DNA of 64,000 nt from an uncultured Defluviitaleaceae bacterium (GCA_964533945.1 CAZHPA010000001.1:59455-123454), one strand, 5' to 3'. Positions 29,029-39,036 are shown, numbered from the stretch's first letter. Notes: generated by a model from the sequence alone, not told the origin. Program-made: numbers and translations.

Positions 29029-30225
29029 TTGATTGATATTGCCAGTTCAAAAATTGGTCCTGCAAAAATTACAGTTATAGGAGCAGGCGGAGGCGGAAAT
29101 AACGCTGTTGACAGAATGATGCTTGATGGGGTTGATTCTATAGAATTTATATCTGTTAATACCGACCACCAAGCATTGGAGCGTTCAATTGCTCCAATCC
29201 GCATTCAATTAGGTGAAAAACTTACAAAAGGCTTGGGCGCAGGCGGTAATCCCGATATTGGAAGACGAGCAGCCGAAGAAACCAAAGACGAAATAGCAGA
29301 AGCATTAAACGGAACAAATATGTTATTTATAACTGCCGGAATGGGGGGAGGCACTGGGACAGGCTCTGCCCCAATAATTGCATCAATAGCAAAAGACTTA
29401 GGTATTTTAACTGTTGCTGTTGTAACAAAGCCTTTCAGATTTGAAGGCGCACACAGAATGAGAAATGCAATCGCCGGTATTGTTGAACTTAAAAAATATG
29501 TTGATACCCTTGTTGTAATTCCAAACCAAAAATTGTTGGAAATTATTGAAAGGGATACTTCTGTTATAGATTCTTTCAAAAAAGCAGATGAAGTATTGCG
29601 CCAAGGCGTGCAAGGTATTGCAGACTTAATATCAAAACCGGGGCAAATAAACTTAGATTTTGCTGATGTATATACAATTATGTCTGGTAAAGGTCTTGCT
29701 CATATGGGTGTTGGCAGAGCTTCTGGAAAAAACAAAACAGAGCTTGCTGCAGAACTTGCAATTAAAAGTCCGCTTCTTGAAACTTCAATTTCAGGAGCAA
29801 AAAGCGTGTTAATAAGTATTGCAGGCGACACAAATCTTTCATTAATTGAAGCAGACAGCGCCGCAACATATATAACACAAGCTATAGACCCTAATGCCGA
29901 GATTATTTTTGGAACATCAATTAATGACGACCTTGCAGATGAAGTTGTTATAACTGTTATTGCAACAGGGCTTGATGACGGCGAAATGTATTCAGAACAA
30001 ACCAAACAAATGAGCCGCCAAAGTATTACTCAAACACCACCAAGACAACAAAGCAATAACAATAATAACAGCATTAGCAATAATAATATGCACGAACAAA
30101 ACGAAAGGCATGTTCCTCAGCGCCCTGCATTTGATGAAAAAGGCGCTTTAAGAGATAATTTCAAAGAAACAAGCAGCGACTTGCTTTTTGAAATACCTGT
30201 TTTTTTACAAAACAAGAAAAGATAA
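29029..30225 (+). CDS. ftsZ: cell division protein FtsZ
   Basis: TTG start 8 nt after AAAGGAGG. GAGGGGNNAV and GMGGGTGTGSAP tubulin signature; conserved C-terminal peptide DLLFEIPVFLQ. Confidence 0.93.
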   Translation: MIDIASSKIGPAKITVIGAGGGGNNAVDRMMLDGVDSIEFISVNTDHQALERSIAPIRIQLGEKLTKGLGAGGNPDIGRRAAEETKDEIAEALNGTNMLFITAGMGGGTGTGSAPIIASIAKDLGILTVAVVTKPFRFEGAHRMRNAIAGIVELKKYVDTLVVIPNQKLLEIIERDTSVIDSFKKADEVLRQGVQGIADLISKPGQINLDFADVYTIMSGKGLAHMGVGRASGKNKTELAAELAIKSPLLETSISGAKSVLISIAGDTNLSLIEADSAATYITQAIDPNAEIIFGTSINDDLADEVVITVIATGLDDGEMYSEQTKQMSRQSITQTPPRQQSNNNNNSISNNNMHEQNERHVPQRPAFDEKGALRDNFKETSSDLLFEIPVFLQNKKR

Positions 30226-30258
30226 GAATATTTGCAGAACGAAAAAGATAAGAATATT
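30216..30258 (+). repeat. 17-nt perfect direct repeat spanning the ftsZ stop
   Basis: AAAAGATAAGAATATTT occurs at 30216-30232 and 30242-30258. Confidence 0.8.
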
Positions 30259-30321
30259 TTATGTAAAAAAAGTCCAACCTAAATTTATTGAATTATAAAT
30301 TTTAAAGGGAGGATTTTTTTA

Positions 30322-31473
30322 ATGTTTAAAAAGATAATAGCTATTTTGCTAATTTTTGCAATGTCAATAAATGTATACGCTTCACAGCCTCCAAGCTTAA
30401 ATGTTGATGCTAAAGCTGCAATTTTATTAGAACCAACAACCGGTAAAGTTTTACTTGAACAAAGTTCGAGAGAAAAGCTACCAATTGCTTCCGTAACAAA
30501 AGTTATGACAGTTTTGTTAATTTATGAAGCTGTTGCAGACGGTAAAATTAAATGGGATGATGTTGTAACAATAAGCGACCATGCTGCAGGAATGGGAGGT
30601 TCTCAAATATTTTTAGAGCCTATGGAGCAGCAAACCGTTCGTGATTTAACAAAATCTGTTATAATATCTTCAGCAAACGATGCCGCTGTTGCATTATCTG
30701 AATTTATTGCCGGAAGCGAAGAAGGCTTTGTAATTATGATGAACAAGCGCGCAGTTAGCCTTGGTATGCTTGATACAACATTTAAAAACGCTTGCGGGCT
30801 TGACATAGAAGGGCATGTTTCTTCTGCCCGTGATGTTGCGGCAATGAGCAAAGAGTTAATAACAAAATTTCCCGAAGTTCTTGAAATTTCATCTATTTGG
30901 ATGGATTCTATAACCCATAGAACAGCAAGAGGAGAGGAAATGTTTGGGCTTTCAAATACAAACAGGCTAATTAAATCATATAACGGAGCAAATGGGCTTA
31001 AAACAGGTTCTACAAGCGAAGCGCTTTTTTGTGTTTCGGCAACGGCGAAAAGAGATAATATGCAGCTTATATCTGTAATTTTAGGAGGCCCAACTTCCGA
31101 AATCCGCTTCCATGAAGCTATGAGAATGTTAGATTACGGCTTTGCAAATTATGCTGTAATTCAAGGGGAATCTGTAGGAACTCCAAAAGGTGTTGTTCTT
31201 GTTAATAAAGGTAATAAAGAACAAGTTGGCGTTTCTGTTAAAACCCAAGTTAATTGTCTTGTTCCTAAAGGTAAAAACGTTGTAATAGACAGTAAAATTG
31301 AACTTGCAGAATTTGTTGATGCCCCAATATCAGCTGGAACAAAAGTTGGGGAAGTTGTGTACTATGCAGAAGGGCAAGAAGTTGGACGTTCAGATTTAAT
31401 TACTATGGAAAGTGTTTCAAAAGCAAGCTTAGGCGATATGCTAGAAACATTAATTAAGAGATGGTTTGAATAA
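30322..31473 (+). CDS. D-alanyl-D-alanine carboxypeptidase (S11, PBP5/DacB/DacF type)
   Basis: Signal peptide plus SVTKVMT (SxxK), SANDAA (SxN) and KTGST (KTG). Confidence 0.88.
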   Translation: MFKKIIAILLIFAMSINVYASQPPSLNVDAKAAILLEPTTGKVLLEQSSREKLPIASVTKVMTVLLIYEAVADGKIKWDDVVTISDHAAGMGGSQIFLEPMEQQTVRDLTKSVIISSANDAAVALSEFIAGSEEGFVIMMNKRAVSLGMLDTTFKNACGLDIEGHVSSARDVAAMSKELITKFPEVLEISSIWMDSITHRTARGEEMFGLSNTNRLIKSYNGANGLKTGSTSEALFCVSATAKRDNMQLISVILGGPTSEIRFHEAMRMLDYGFANYAVIQGESVGTPKGVVLVNKGNKEQVGVSVKTQVNCLVPKGKNVVIDSKIELAEFVDAPISAGTKVGEVVYYAEGQEVGRSDLITMESVSKASLGDMLETLIKRWFE

Positions 31474-31553
31474 TTAAAAAAATAAAAGCATTTAAAGGCA
31501 AGCTTAATTAATGTAGTAAAGGCATTAATTAAAAGATGGTTTGAATAATTAAA
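31448..31553 (+). repeat. duplicated 3' end of the dac gene
   Basis: The 31-nt CATTAATTAAGAGATGGTTTGAATAATTAAA (31448-31478) recurs at 31523-31553 with one mismatch. Weaker similarity extends ~30 nt further upstream. Confidence 0.85.
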
Positions 31554-31643
31554 GAAGGCTTGTAACATGTTTTATATTTCTTTCATAATATAAAATTAGA
31601 AACTTCCGGAAGTTTATTATATATATGAAAGGAATTAAGGGCT

Positions 31644-31961
31644 ATGGACTATATCAATACATTCGTTGAAACTCTAATTCTTCAATTAGGCAGAACGGTA
31701 ACAATTTTTACAACAAGCGGCGGATTATCGGGAAGCGGCTTTACAGGTGTATTGCTTTCAGTAGATATTAATGTTGTTAGGCTTTTAGTATGTACCGGTG
31801 CCCCACCATGTTGTCCAATTGGTAGTTCTTGCACAGGAAGCTATGGACCAACTGGAGCGCTTAATGACGTTGGTAATGTAGCATTTGTTAACAATCCGTT
31901 AGGAGCAATTTGCATAATACCAACTAGAGCAATTGCTTGCTTTACTCAAAACGCGATATAA
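31644..31961 (+). CDS. hypothetical small Cys/Gly-rich protein
   Basis: 105 aa. N-terminal beta-rich segment (LGRTVTIFTTSGGLSGSGFTGVLLSVDINVVRLL) then TGAPPCCPIGSSCTGSYG. No family recognised. Confidence 0.5.
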   Translation: MDYINTFVETLILQLGRTVTIFTTSGGLSGSGFTGVLLSVDINVVRLLVCTGAPPCCPIGSSCTGSYGPTGALNDVGNVAFVNNPLGAICIIPTRAIACFTQNAI

Positions 31962-31984
31962 AAATTTAAACCTTCCTAAAAATA

Positions 31985-32026
31985 AAAACTTTCCACTAGG
32001 GGACGCCTTGGCGGAAAGTTTTTTTA
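31985..32026. terminator. bidirectional terminator between convergent genes
   Basis: AAAACTTTCC...GGAAAGTTTT (10 bp) with A/T tracts on both sides. Confidence 0.7.
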
Positions 32027-32053
32027 TTACAAATTATAGTGTAAATTTGATGT

Positions 32054-32458
32054 TTAAAATTTAATAATGGGGGAATTTTCAATACTTTTCATTTTATTTA
32101 AAATGTCAATTAGGCTAACTTTTTCTTTGCGTTCTTTCTTTGCTTTTTCAATCCAGTTTGCCATATCTTTGTGGCATATTTTAATTGTGTTGTAAGGGTA
32201 GATTTCGAAAAGAGGAAATATTGTAATTTTTTCAGGCATAGTTTTAGTTATGGCATTAACTCTAAGGTCAGTAACGTTTGCCCAATCAGCGCATTGAATA
32301 AAATAATTCCAAATAGATACATAAAGCCTATCGCTTTTGCTCTCAAGCGTTAAAGCAAGCCTATACTTAACAAGTTCGGACTTTTCATTAGTCATTTTTA
32401 AGTCTTTTGCAACTTTTAAACAATTATACGTTTCTATGCATACTTCACTCTTCGTCAA
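32054..32458 (-). CDS. hypothetical protein
   Basis: 134-aa ORF with GGGGGAAA upstream. No recognisable motif. Confidence 0.5.
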   Translation of the reverse strand: MTKSEVCIETYNCLKVAKDLKMTNEKSELVKYRLALTLESKSDRLYVSIWNYFIQCADWANVTDLRVNAITKTMPEKITIFPLFEIYPYNTIKICHKDMANWIEKAKKERKEKVSLIDILNKMKSIENSPIIKF

Positions 32459-32561
32459 AATTTATTTCCCCCTTTTTTTATTTTCTTATAACTATTTCAC
32501 AATAATTATTATACCATATAGTTATAAATTTGTCAATAATAAATAAAAACTCCCACCAAAA

Positions 32562-33833
32562 TTATGGTAGGAGATTTAATTTACTAGCAGCAACAATAAC
32601 ACCAATTTTAGCATGAAACCATGTTAAGCCGCCTTGTAAATATACGGCATAAGGTTCTCTTACAGGAGCATCTGCGCTTAATTCAATAGATGAGCCTTGA
32701 ACAAATGCGCCGGCAGCCATAACAACAGGGCAATCATAACCCGGCATTTCTGCCGCTTCTGCTTTAACAAAGCTATCAACAGGGGCGGCGTTTTGAATTC
32801 CACGGCAAAAAGCAAGAACATTTTCTGCATTTTCAAGCTTTATGGCTTGCACAATATCGCTTCTTTTTTCGTTTGATTTAGGATAAACTTCATAGCCTAA
32901 ATTTTCAAAAACTTTGGCGGCAAAAACAGCGCATTTTAAACTGTTTGCAACAACTTGCGGTGCTAAAAAAAGTCCTTGTAAAAATGAAGGTGCAACATTA
33001 AGCATAGGCCCAACTTCTTTTCCAAGTCCGGGCGAAGTTAATCTATATGCAGCATTTTCAACAAATTCACGTTTGCCAATTATGTATCCGCCAACAGGAG
33101 CAAGCCCTCCGCCTGCATTTTTTATTAAAGAACCAACAGATAAATCTGCACCAACATCGCAAGGCTCTAAAGTTTCGGTAAATTCCCCATAGCAGTTATC
33201 AACCATACAAATTATATTTTCGTCTATAGCTTTAACTGTTGAAACAATTTGCTTAATTTCATCAATACTTAAAGAGCGTCTTAATGAATATCCTTTAGAA
33301 CGCTGAATTGCAACAAGTTTGGTTTTGTTTTTTATAGCTTTTTTAATTCCTTCAAAATCAACATATCCGTTTGGCAAAAAATCAACTTGATTATAGCTTA
33401 CGCCATGTTCTAAAAGAGAACCTTTGGTTTTTTTAATTCCGATTACTTTGTCAAGTGTATCATATGGTTTTGAAGTAACAGATAACATTTCATCACCATA
33501 GCTTAAGTTTCCAAAAAGCGCAACCGTTAGCGCATGAGTTCCGGAAATTAATTGTGGTCTAACTAAAGCATCTTCGGCATTAAAAACATCTGCAAAAATT
33601 TTCTCTGTTGTTTCACGCCCTAAGTCGTTGTAACCATAACCTGTTGTTCCTGCGAAATGTGAATCTGAAAGTTTGTTTTTTTGCATTGCTTTTAAAACTT
33701 TAAATTGATTAATTTCTGCAACATTATCTATTTCTTTAAAAAGCTTCAAAACTTCTTGTTCAGCTTTTAAGCAAAAATCAATAAATTCATATGATATATT
33801 AAAGTGCTGGTGCAAGTATGCTTTTAAAGTCAT
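32562..33833 (-). CDS. methionine gamma-lyase-family PLP protein (aluminium-resistance/YnbB type)
   Basis: HFAGTTGYGYNDLGRE and the overall sequence are typical. Sits in the conserved position downstream of hfq. Confidence 0.8.
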   Translation of the reverse strand: MTLKAYLHQHFNISYEFIDFCLKAEQEVLKLFKEIDNVAEINQFKVLKAMQKNKLSDSHFAGTTGYGYNDLGRETTEKIFADVFNAEDALVRPQLISGTHALTVALFGNLSYGDEMLSVTSKPYDTLDKVIGIKKTKGSLLEHGVSYNQVDFLPNGYVDFEGIKKAIKNKTKLVAIQRSKGYSLRRSLSIDEIKQIVSTVKAIDENIICMVDNCYGEFTETLEPCDVGADLSVGSLIKNAGGGLAPVGGYIIGKREFVENAAYRLTSPGLGKEVGPMLNVAPSFLQGLFLAPQVVANSLKCAVFAAKVFENLGYEVYPKSNEKRSDIVQAIKLENAENVLAFCRGIQNAAPVDSFVKAEAAEMPGYDCPVVMAAGAFVQGSSIELSADAPVREPYAVYLQGGLTWFHAKIGVIVAASKLNLLP

Positions 33834-34120
33834 TTTTTAGCTTCCTTTTTACCTTCTTTGCTTTCCTTAAATTCCTTTTTAGATTGGTCGTTTCTTGGCT
33901 CGTCAAGCTTTAAACTGCTAAGTGAAGGCATAGGCGCAATTGCCGAAATTGCATGTTTGTAAATTAACCTATGCGCTCCTTCGCATTCTAAAAAAATGGA
34001 ATACAAGTCAAAGCCTTCTAAAATCCCTTTTACTTTATAACCTGCATTTAAATAAACAGTTACTACAGTTTTATCTTTTCTTAATTGATTAAGTGCTACT
34101 TCTTGAATGTTTTTTATCAT
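33830..34120 (-). CDS. hfq: RNA chaperone Hfq
   Basis: Sm motifs (VTVYLNAGYKVKGILEGFDLYSIFL...IYKHAISAI) with a K/E-rich tail. ATG at 34120 lies 5 nt after AAGGGTGG. Confidence 0.88.
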   Translation of the reverse strand: MIKNIQEVALNQLRKDKTVVTVYLNAGYKVKGILEGFDLYSIFLECEGAHRLIYKHAISAIAPMPSLSSLKLDEPRNDQSKKEFKESKEGKKEAKK

Positions 34121-34164
34121 AAAAACCACCCTTTCTTAATGTATAAGCTATAAATAAAATCAAC

Positions 34165-35094
34165 CTAGCACATACCAATATGCTTTTTGGCTTTTAATAT
34201 TGCGGCATTAACTTCTTCGTGCTTTAAAGCATCAACCCATAAGCCGTCGGTTTGATTTTTAAACCATGTAAGCTGTCTTTTAGCATAGTGTCTTGTTGCC
34301 TTTTTTAAGTCGCAAACAGCTTGTTCAAGTGAAATATCTTGTTTTAAATACATAGTAATTTCTTTATATCCTAAGCTTTTCATAGAAGATAAATTTTCAC
34401 TATACCCCATATTAAGCAATTGCTGAACTTCATCAACAAGCCCGTTTTCAAGCATTTCGTCACAACGCTGTTCAATGCGGCTATATAGCGATTGTCTGTT
34501 TGTATTTAGAATAAAAAACAATAAATCATAGTAGCTTTCTTTTTGCTTTTCAAGCTTATTATGAACGGAAATTTTTTCGCCTGTTTGCCTAAAAAATTCA
34601 ATTGCACGCACAACACGCTTAACGTTGTTAAAGTGAATTTGCGTTGAAGCTTCTTCGTCAACTTGTTTCAACATATTGTGCAAAAACTCATTACCTTTTT
34701 CGGAAGCTATGTTGAAAAGTTGGTTTCTAAGCGCTTCATCTGTTGTTGTTTGAGTAAATGTGTTATTGTTTACAACGGCATTAATATAAAATCCTGTTCC
34801 GCCAACTAAAATTGGAATTTTCCCTTTATTATAAATAAGTTTTATATAATCTTTGCATCTTTTTTGAAATTCGGCAACCGAAAACTGTTCGTCGGGGTAT
34901 ATTTCATCAATCATATAATGTGGGATTTCTTGCATTTCTTCTGTTGTTGGCTTTGCAGTTGCAATATTCATATACTTATATATTTGCATAGAATCGGCAG
35001 AAATTATTTCTCCGTTAATAACTTTGGCAAGTGAAACTGCAAATTTGCTTTTACCCGTTGCTGTTGCGCCTCCTACTACTATTAGTTTGTTCAT
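34165..35094 (-). CDS. miaA: tRNA dimethylallyltransferase
   Basis: VVGGATATGKS P-loop and typical MiaA sequence. Confidence 0.92.
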   Translation of the reverse strand: MNKLIVVGGATATGKSKFAVSLAKVINGEIISADSMQIYKYMNIATAKPTTEEMQEIPHYMIDEIYPDEQFSVAEFQKRCKDYIKLIYNKGKIPILVGGTGFYINAVVNNNTFTQTTTDEALRNQLFNIASEKGNEFLHNMLKQVDEEASTQIHFNNVKRVVRAIEFFRQTGEKISVHNKLEKQKESYYDLLFFILNTNRQSLYSRIEQRCDEMLENGLVDEVQQLLNMGYSENLSSMKSLGYKEITMYLKQDISLEQAVCDLKKATRHYAKRQLTWFKNQTDGLWVDALKHEEVNAAILKAKKHIGMC

Positions 35095-35097
35095 TTT

Positions 35098-37581
35098 TTA
35101 TCCCTCGTCAAGCGAAATATTATAATAGTTATAGCTGTCTTGTTCAACTTGTTCAAACGGCAAAATTTCAACTTTTGAATAGTATGAATTGTTTATAATT
35201 TGCAAAATTTGCTCGGCGCGCTCTAATATTGGCTTTGAAATTCCGGCAAGCTTTGCAACGTGTATTCCAAAACTGCTGTCTGCTTTGCCTTCAACAAGTT
35301 TTCTTAAAAAGGCAATTTCTCCATTAATTTCTTCAACTGCCATATAATAATTTTTAACGCCTAAAACTTTCGTTTCAAGTTCTGCTAACTTGTGGTAATG
35401 AGTTGAAAATAAAGTTTTAGCACCAATTTTTAACGCAATTTCTTCAAGAACAGCAAAAGCTATACTTAATCCGTCAACTGTGCTTGTCCCACGCCCTATT
35501 TCATCTAAAACAAGCAAGCTATTTTTTGTTGCGCCATTTAAAATTTCGGCCACTTCGCTCATTTCAACCATAAATGTGCTTCTTCCTGTTGATAAATCGT
35601 CTGAGGCACCAATTCTTGTAAAAATTTTGTCGACAACTCCTATTATACCGCTTTTTGCAGGTATAAAGCAACCAATTTGTGCCATAATAACAATTAATGC
35701 GGTTTGTCTTATATAAGTTGATTTTCCTGCCATATTAGGGCCTGTTATAATTAAAAGCCTATTGCTATCTTTATCTAAGAAAATATTATTCGGAACAAAA
35801 GAAGTTAACTTTTCAATTACGGGGTGCCTTGCTTCTTCAATATCAATTACCGATTTATCATTTACAATTGGCTTAACATATTTATTTTTATTAGACACTT
35901 CGGCAAACGATTGAAGCACATCAATAGTTGCAATTATGGAAGCAGAAAGTTGCATTCTTTCTGTTTGGCTTTTTATATCGTTTATAACTTCTTTGAAAAT
36001 TTCTTTTTCTATTAAATCTATTTCTTCGTTAGCCTGCAAAATTTCAAACGCAATCTGTTCTAACTCATCTGTAGTAAAGCGCTGACCGTTAGAGTTAACT
36101 TGTCTTTTCTTGAAATAGTTTGGAACTTTTTCTAAATAGGAATTTGTAACTTCAAAATAGTACCCTAAAGCTTTGCCATATTTAATTTTTAAGCTTTTAA
36201 TGCCACTGTTTAATTTTTCTTTGTTTTCAAGCTCTGAAAGAAGTGTTTCCCCTTTTGCTTTAATTTCCCGATACTTGTCAAGCGTTTTGTCGTAGCCGTC
36301 TTTAATTATGCCGCCTTCTTCTAAGCTTGCTGTGCAGTTTTCGTTTATAGCTTCTTCAAGCAATGCATAAATATCAAAAAGTTCGTCAAAAGCATTATAC
36401 ATTTCAATACAAAGTTTAGAACTTAGCTTTTCAATGCAACGTTTTATAGTTGGCAACTGTTCGATAGCTAATTTTAAATCAATTAAATCTTTACTGCTTA
36501 TAGCTTTGTATATAATTTTGCCGCATAGCCTTTCTATATCCGAAACTAAATTTAAACTTTCTCTAAGCTCAAATCTCAAAAGACCGTTTTCAAAAAGCTC
36601 CGAAACAGCATTAAGTCGTCGATTTATTTCTATATGGCAATTTAAAGGCTGTTCTATCCATTTTTTAATAAGCCTTTTGCCCATTGAAGTTTTTGTTTCA
36701 TCTAAAACCCAAAGCAAACTATTTTTATTGCCTTTTTCGTGCAAACTTTGTGTTAATTCTAAATTTTTCAATGAAGATGCGTTAGGAATGACGTATAAGC
36801 TATTTGCGTAATATTTAATTGAATTTATATGTGAAATTGAGTTTTTTTGCATTTCATATAAATAGTCAATTAAGGCACCACAAGCGCATATGCAATGCGG
36901 GTTTTTATATATTTCAAGGCTTTTTAAGTTGTCAATTTTTAGATGACCGCATATTATTTTAGTGGCTTCTTTTAAATTAAAGGCGGTTGTATAATATACA
37001 ACTGATTTTAATTCTTTACTTTTAAACAAATCGTTTGTAATTATTTCTTTTGGACATATTCTAAAAATTTCTTCAATTACTTTTTTAGATTGCTTAGATT
37101 GTTCGGTTTGAGAAGAATCGAAACAAGTTGTTGTAAATTCTCCTGTTGTAACATCGCAAGTTGCAATTCCAAATCCGCTGTTATCTTTAAATATACATGT
37201 TATATAGTTGTTTTCTGTGCTGTCAAACGCTTTTGCGTATGTGTTTGTTCCGGGTGTTATAACTTTAATAACTTCACGTTCTACAATTTTTTTAGAACCT
37301 TTATCTTTATTTGGAGCTTCCATTTGTTCACAAATAGCAACTTTATAGCCTTTTTCTACAAGCTTTGTAATGTGGTTTTCGGCGGCATGATATGGCACCC
37401 CGCACATTGGGGAACGTTCTCCTTGTTTAGATTCACGGCTTGTTAATTTAATTCCAAGTTCGCTTGAAGCGGTTACGGCATCTTCAAAAAACAGCTCGTA
37501 AAATTCCCCTAATCTAAAGAAAATTAAGCAGCCTTTATACTTTTCTTTAACTTTAAAATATTGCTCAAGAAGCGAAGGCAT
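35098..37581 (-). CDS. mutS: DNA mismatch repair protein MutS
   Basis: GEFYELFFEDA mismatch-binding motif, GPNMAGKST Walker A, DEIGRGTS. Confidence 0.93.
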   Translation of the reverse strand: MPSLLEQYFKVKEKYKGCLIFFRLGEFYELFFEDAVTASSELGIKLTSRESKQGERSPMCGVPYHAAENHITKLVEKGYKVAICEQMEAPNKDKGSKKIVEREVIKVITPGTNTYAKAFDSTENNYITCIFKDNSGFGIATCDVTTGEFTTTCFDSSQTEQSKQSKKVIEEIFRICPKEIITNDLFKSKELKSVVYYTTAFNLKEATKIICGHLKIDNLKSLEIYKNPHCICACGALIDYLYEMQKNSISHINSIKYYANSLYVIPNASSLKNLELTQSLHEKGNKNSLLWVLDETKTSMGKRLIKKWIEQPLNCHIEINRRLNAVSELFENGLLRFELRESLNLVSDIERLCGKIIYKAISSKDLIDLKLAIEQLPTIKRCIEKLSSKLCIEMYNAFDELFDIYALLEEAINENCTASLEEGGIIKDGYDKTLDKYREIKAKGETLLSELENKEKLNSGIKSLKIKYGKALGYYFEVTNSYLEKVPNYFKKRQVNSNGQRFTTDELEQIAFEILQANEEIDLIEKEIFKEVINDIKSQTERMQLSASIIATIDVLQSFAEVSNKNKYVKPIVNDKSVIDIEEARHPVIEKLTSFVPNNIFLDKDSNRLLIITGPNMAGKSTYIRQTALIVIMAQIGCFIPAKSGIIGVVDKIFTRIGASDDLSTGRSTFMVEMSEVAEILNGATKNSLLVLDEIGRGTSTVDGLSIAFAVLEEIALKIGAKTLFSTHYHKLAELETKVLGVKNYYMAVEEINGEIAFLRKLVEGKADSSFGIHVAKLAGISKPILERAEQILQIINNSYYSKVEILPFEQVEQDSYNYYNISLDEG

Positions 37582-37601
37582 GTTACACCCCCCCTTTTTT
37601 T

Positions 37602-38000
37602 TTATCCACAGCTACTGCAACTTCCGCCTTGGCAGCCTCCGCAGTTGCTTTCTTCAGCCGGAATTCCTGTAATAACACTTTTTAACACATTCATAACTTG
37701 ATTAATAAATGCGTTAAATTCGTTTTCGGCAAAAATTAACGTTCCTATTAAAGGGTGCTTTTTAAGTTCTGCCCCCATTTCTGTTAATTTTTGAATTGCT
37801 AATTTATATTGTTCTTCTGTCATATTTCCTTTGCTTATATTTCTTTGTATGTCGGTTTGGTATGCTGTATATTCTAAAAGCTTGCGCTTTGCATCTTCAT
37901 CGCTTTCTAAGGCTTCTCTTGCAATATTAACTGATATTGCTTGGTCTGATTTTAAAATTAATTCACCAAGTTCTTTTGCTTTTTCATTGTAAATTGACAT
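37602..38000 (-). CDS. YlbF/YmcA-family protein with Cys-rich C-terminal tail
   Basis: Helical YlbF-like body; C-terminus is NCGGCQGGSCSSCG. Confidence 0.65.
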   Translation of the reverse strand: MSIYNEKAKELGELILKSDQAISVNIAREALESDEDAKRKLLEYTAYQTDIQRNISKGNMTEEQYKLAIQKLTEMGAELKKHPLIGTLIFAENEFNAFINQVMNVLKSVITGIPAEESNCGGCQGGSCSSCG

Positions 38001-38026
38001 ATTTTTTCTCCTTATTTTAATTTTAT

Positions 38027-38749
38027 CTATACAAGATGCAAACTTTTAATCTCAAATTCATTAAGCTTTCTAAAGTTACCCTCTTCCAATTCACCTAAGC
38101 AAACATTACCAATTGCAATACGTTTAAGCGAAACAACTTCATGGTTAATTGCATCGCACATTTTGCGAACTTGCCGGTTTTTGCCTTCTTTAATTGTAAT
38201 TTTAACTAGACTTATTGCTCTGGAATTTGAAGTATTGCAAATTTCAATTTCTGAGGGTGCTGTTACATAATCGTTATCTATAAGCAAGCCATTTTTAAAC
38301 TGTAAAAGTTCTTTTTTTGTTGGAACACCTTTAATTTCCGCAATATAAGTTTTTGGAATGCTATGTTTTGGATGAGTTAGTTTATATGATAATTCCCCGT
38401 CATTTGTTAAAATAATAAGCCCTTTTGTATCGTAGTCAAGCCTTCCTATTGAAAATAGACGTGTATTTATGCCTTTAACTAAATCAAAAATTGTTTTACG
38501 ATTGAATTGGTCTTTATTTGTGCAAACATAGCCTTTAGGCTTATTTAGCATAATATATTCAAACTTAGCCGAAGTTGAAATTTCTTTTTTATCTAAGCAA
38601 ACAATGTCTTTAGAGTCGTCAACTTTTGTTCCAAGCACTTGAATTGTTTTGCCGTTAACGGAAATACGCCCTTCCAAAATTAAGTTTTCGGCAGCACGCC
38701 TTGAAGCAACACCTGCGCTTGCCAAATATTTTTGCAATCTAACTAGCAC
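38027..38749 (-). CDS. rluB: pseudouridine synthase, RsuA/RluB family
   Basis: S4 domain (RLQKYLASAGVASRRAAE) and catalytic GRLDYDTKGL. Confidence 0.85.
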   Translation of the reverse strand: MLVRLQKYLASAGVASRRAAENLILEGRISVNGKTIQVLGTKVDDSKDIVCLDKKEISTSAKFEYIMLNKPKGYVCTNKDQFNRKTIFDLVKGINTRLFSIGRLDYDTKGLIILTNDGELSYKLTHPKHSIPKTYIAEIKGVPTKKELLQFKNGLLIDNDYVTAPSEIEICNTSNSRAISLVKITIKEGKNRQVRKMCDAINHEVVSLKRIAIGNVCLGELEEGNFRKLNEFEIKSLHLV

Positions 38750-39036
38750 TTTATTTTTCCGCCATTTCTAATTTTATTATAAAACTCCATAATCCTTTTA
38801 AAACATTAATTGTAGTATAAGATTATTTTTGCCATTTGAATGTATTTGGCTTGCCATATTTATATTTTAATTATATTCCTAAATTTAACAAAAATCAAGA
38901 TAAAAAGACTATGAATTGCAAAACTTTACTTTTTTGCAAACAAAATTATGCAGCTTATACCCCCACGACTAAAATGGGGGGGATTACGCTGCAATTTAGT
39001 AATTTTTAAAATAAAAATAAGAATACTTTTAGAAAA

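Noticed and set aside
38915-38938. Palindrome TTGCAAAA-ctttact-TTTTGCAA as an operator
   Set aside because: It is a single occurrence in an AT-rich intergenic region between two minus-strand genes. It may simply be part of a terminator, and there is no supporting evidence.
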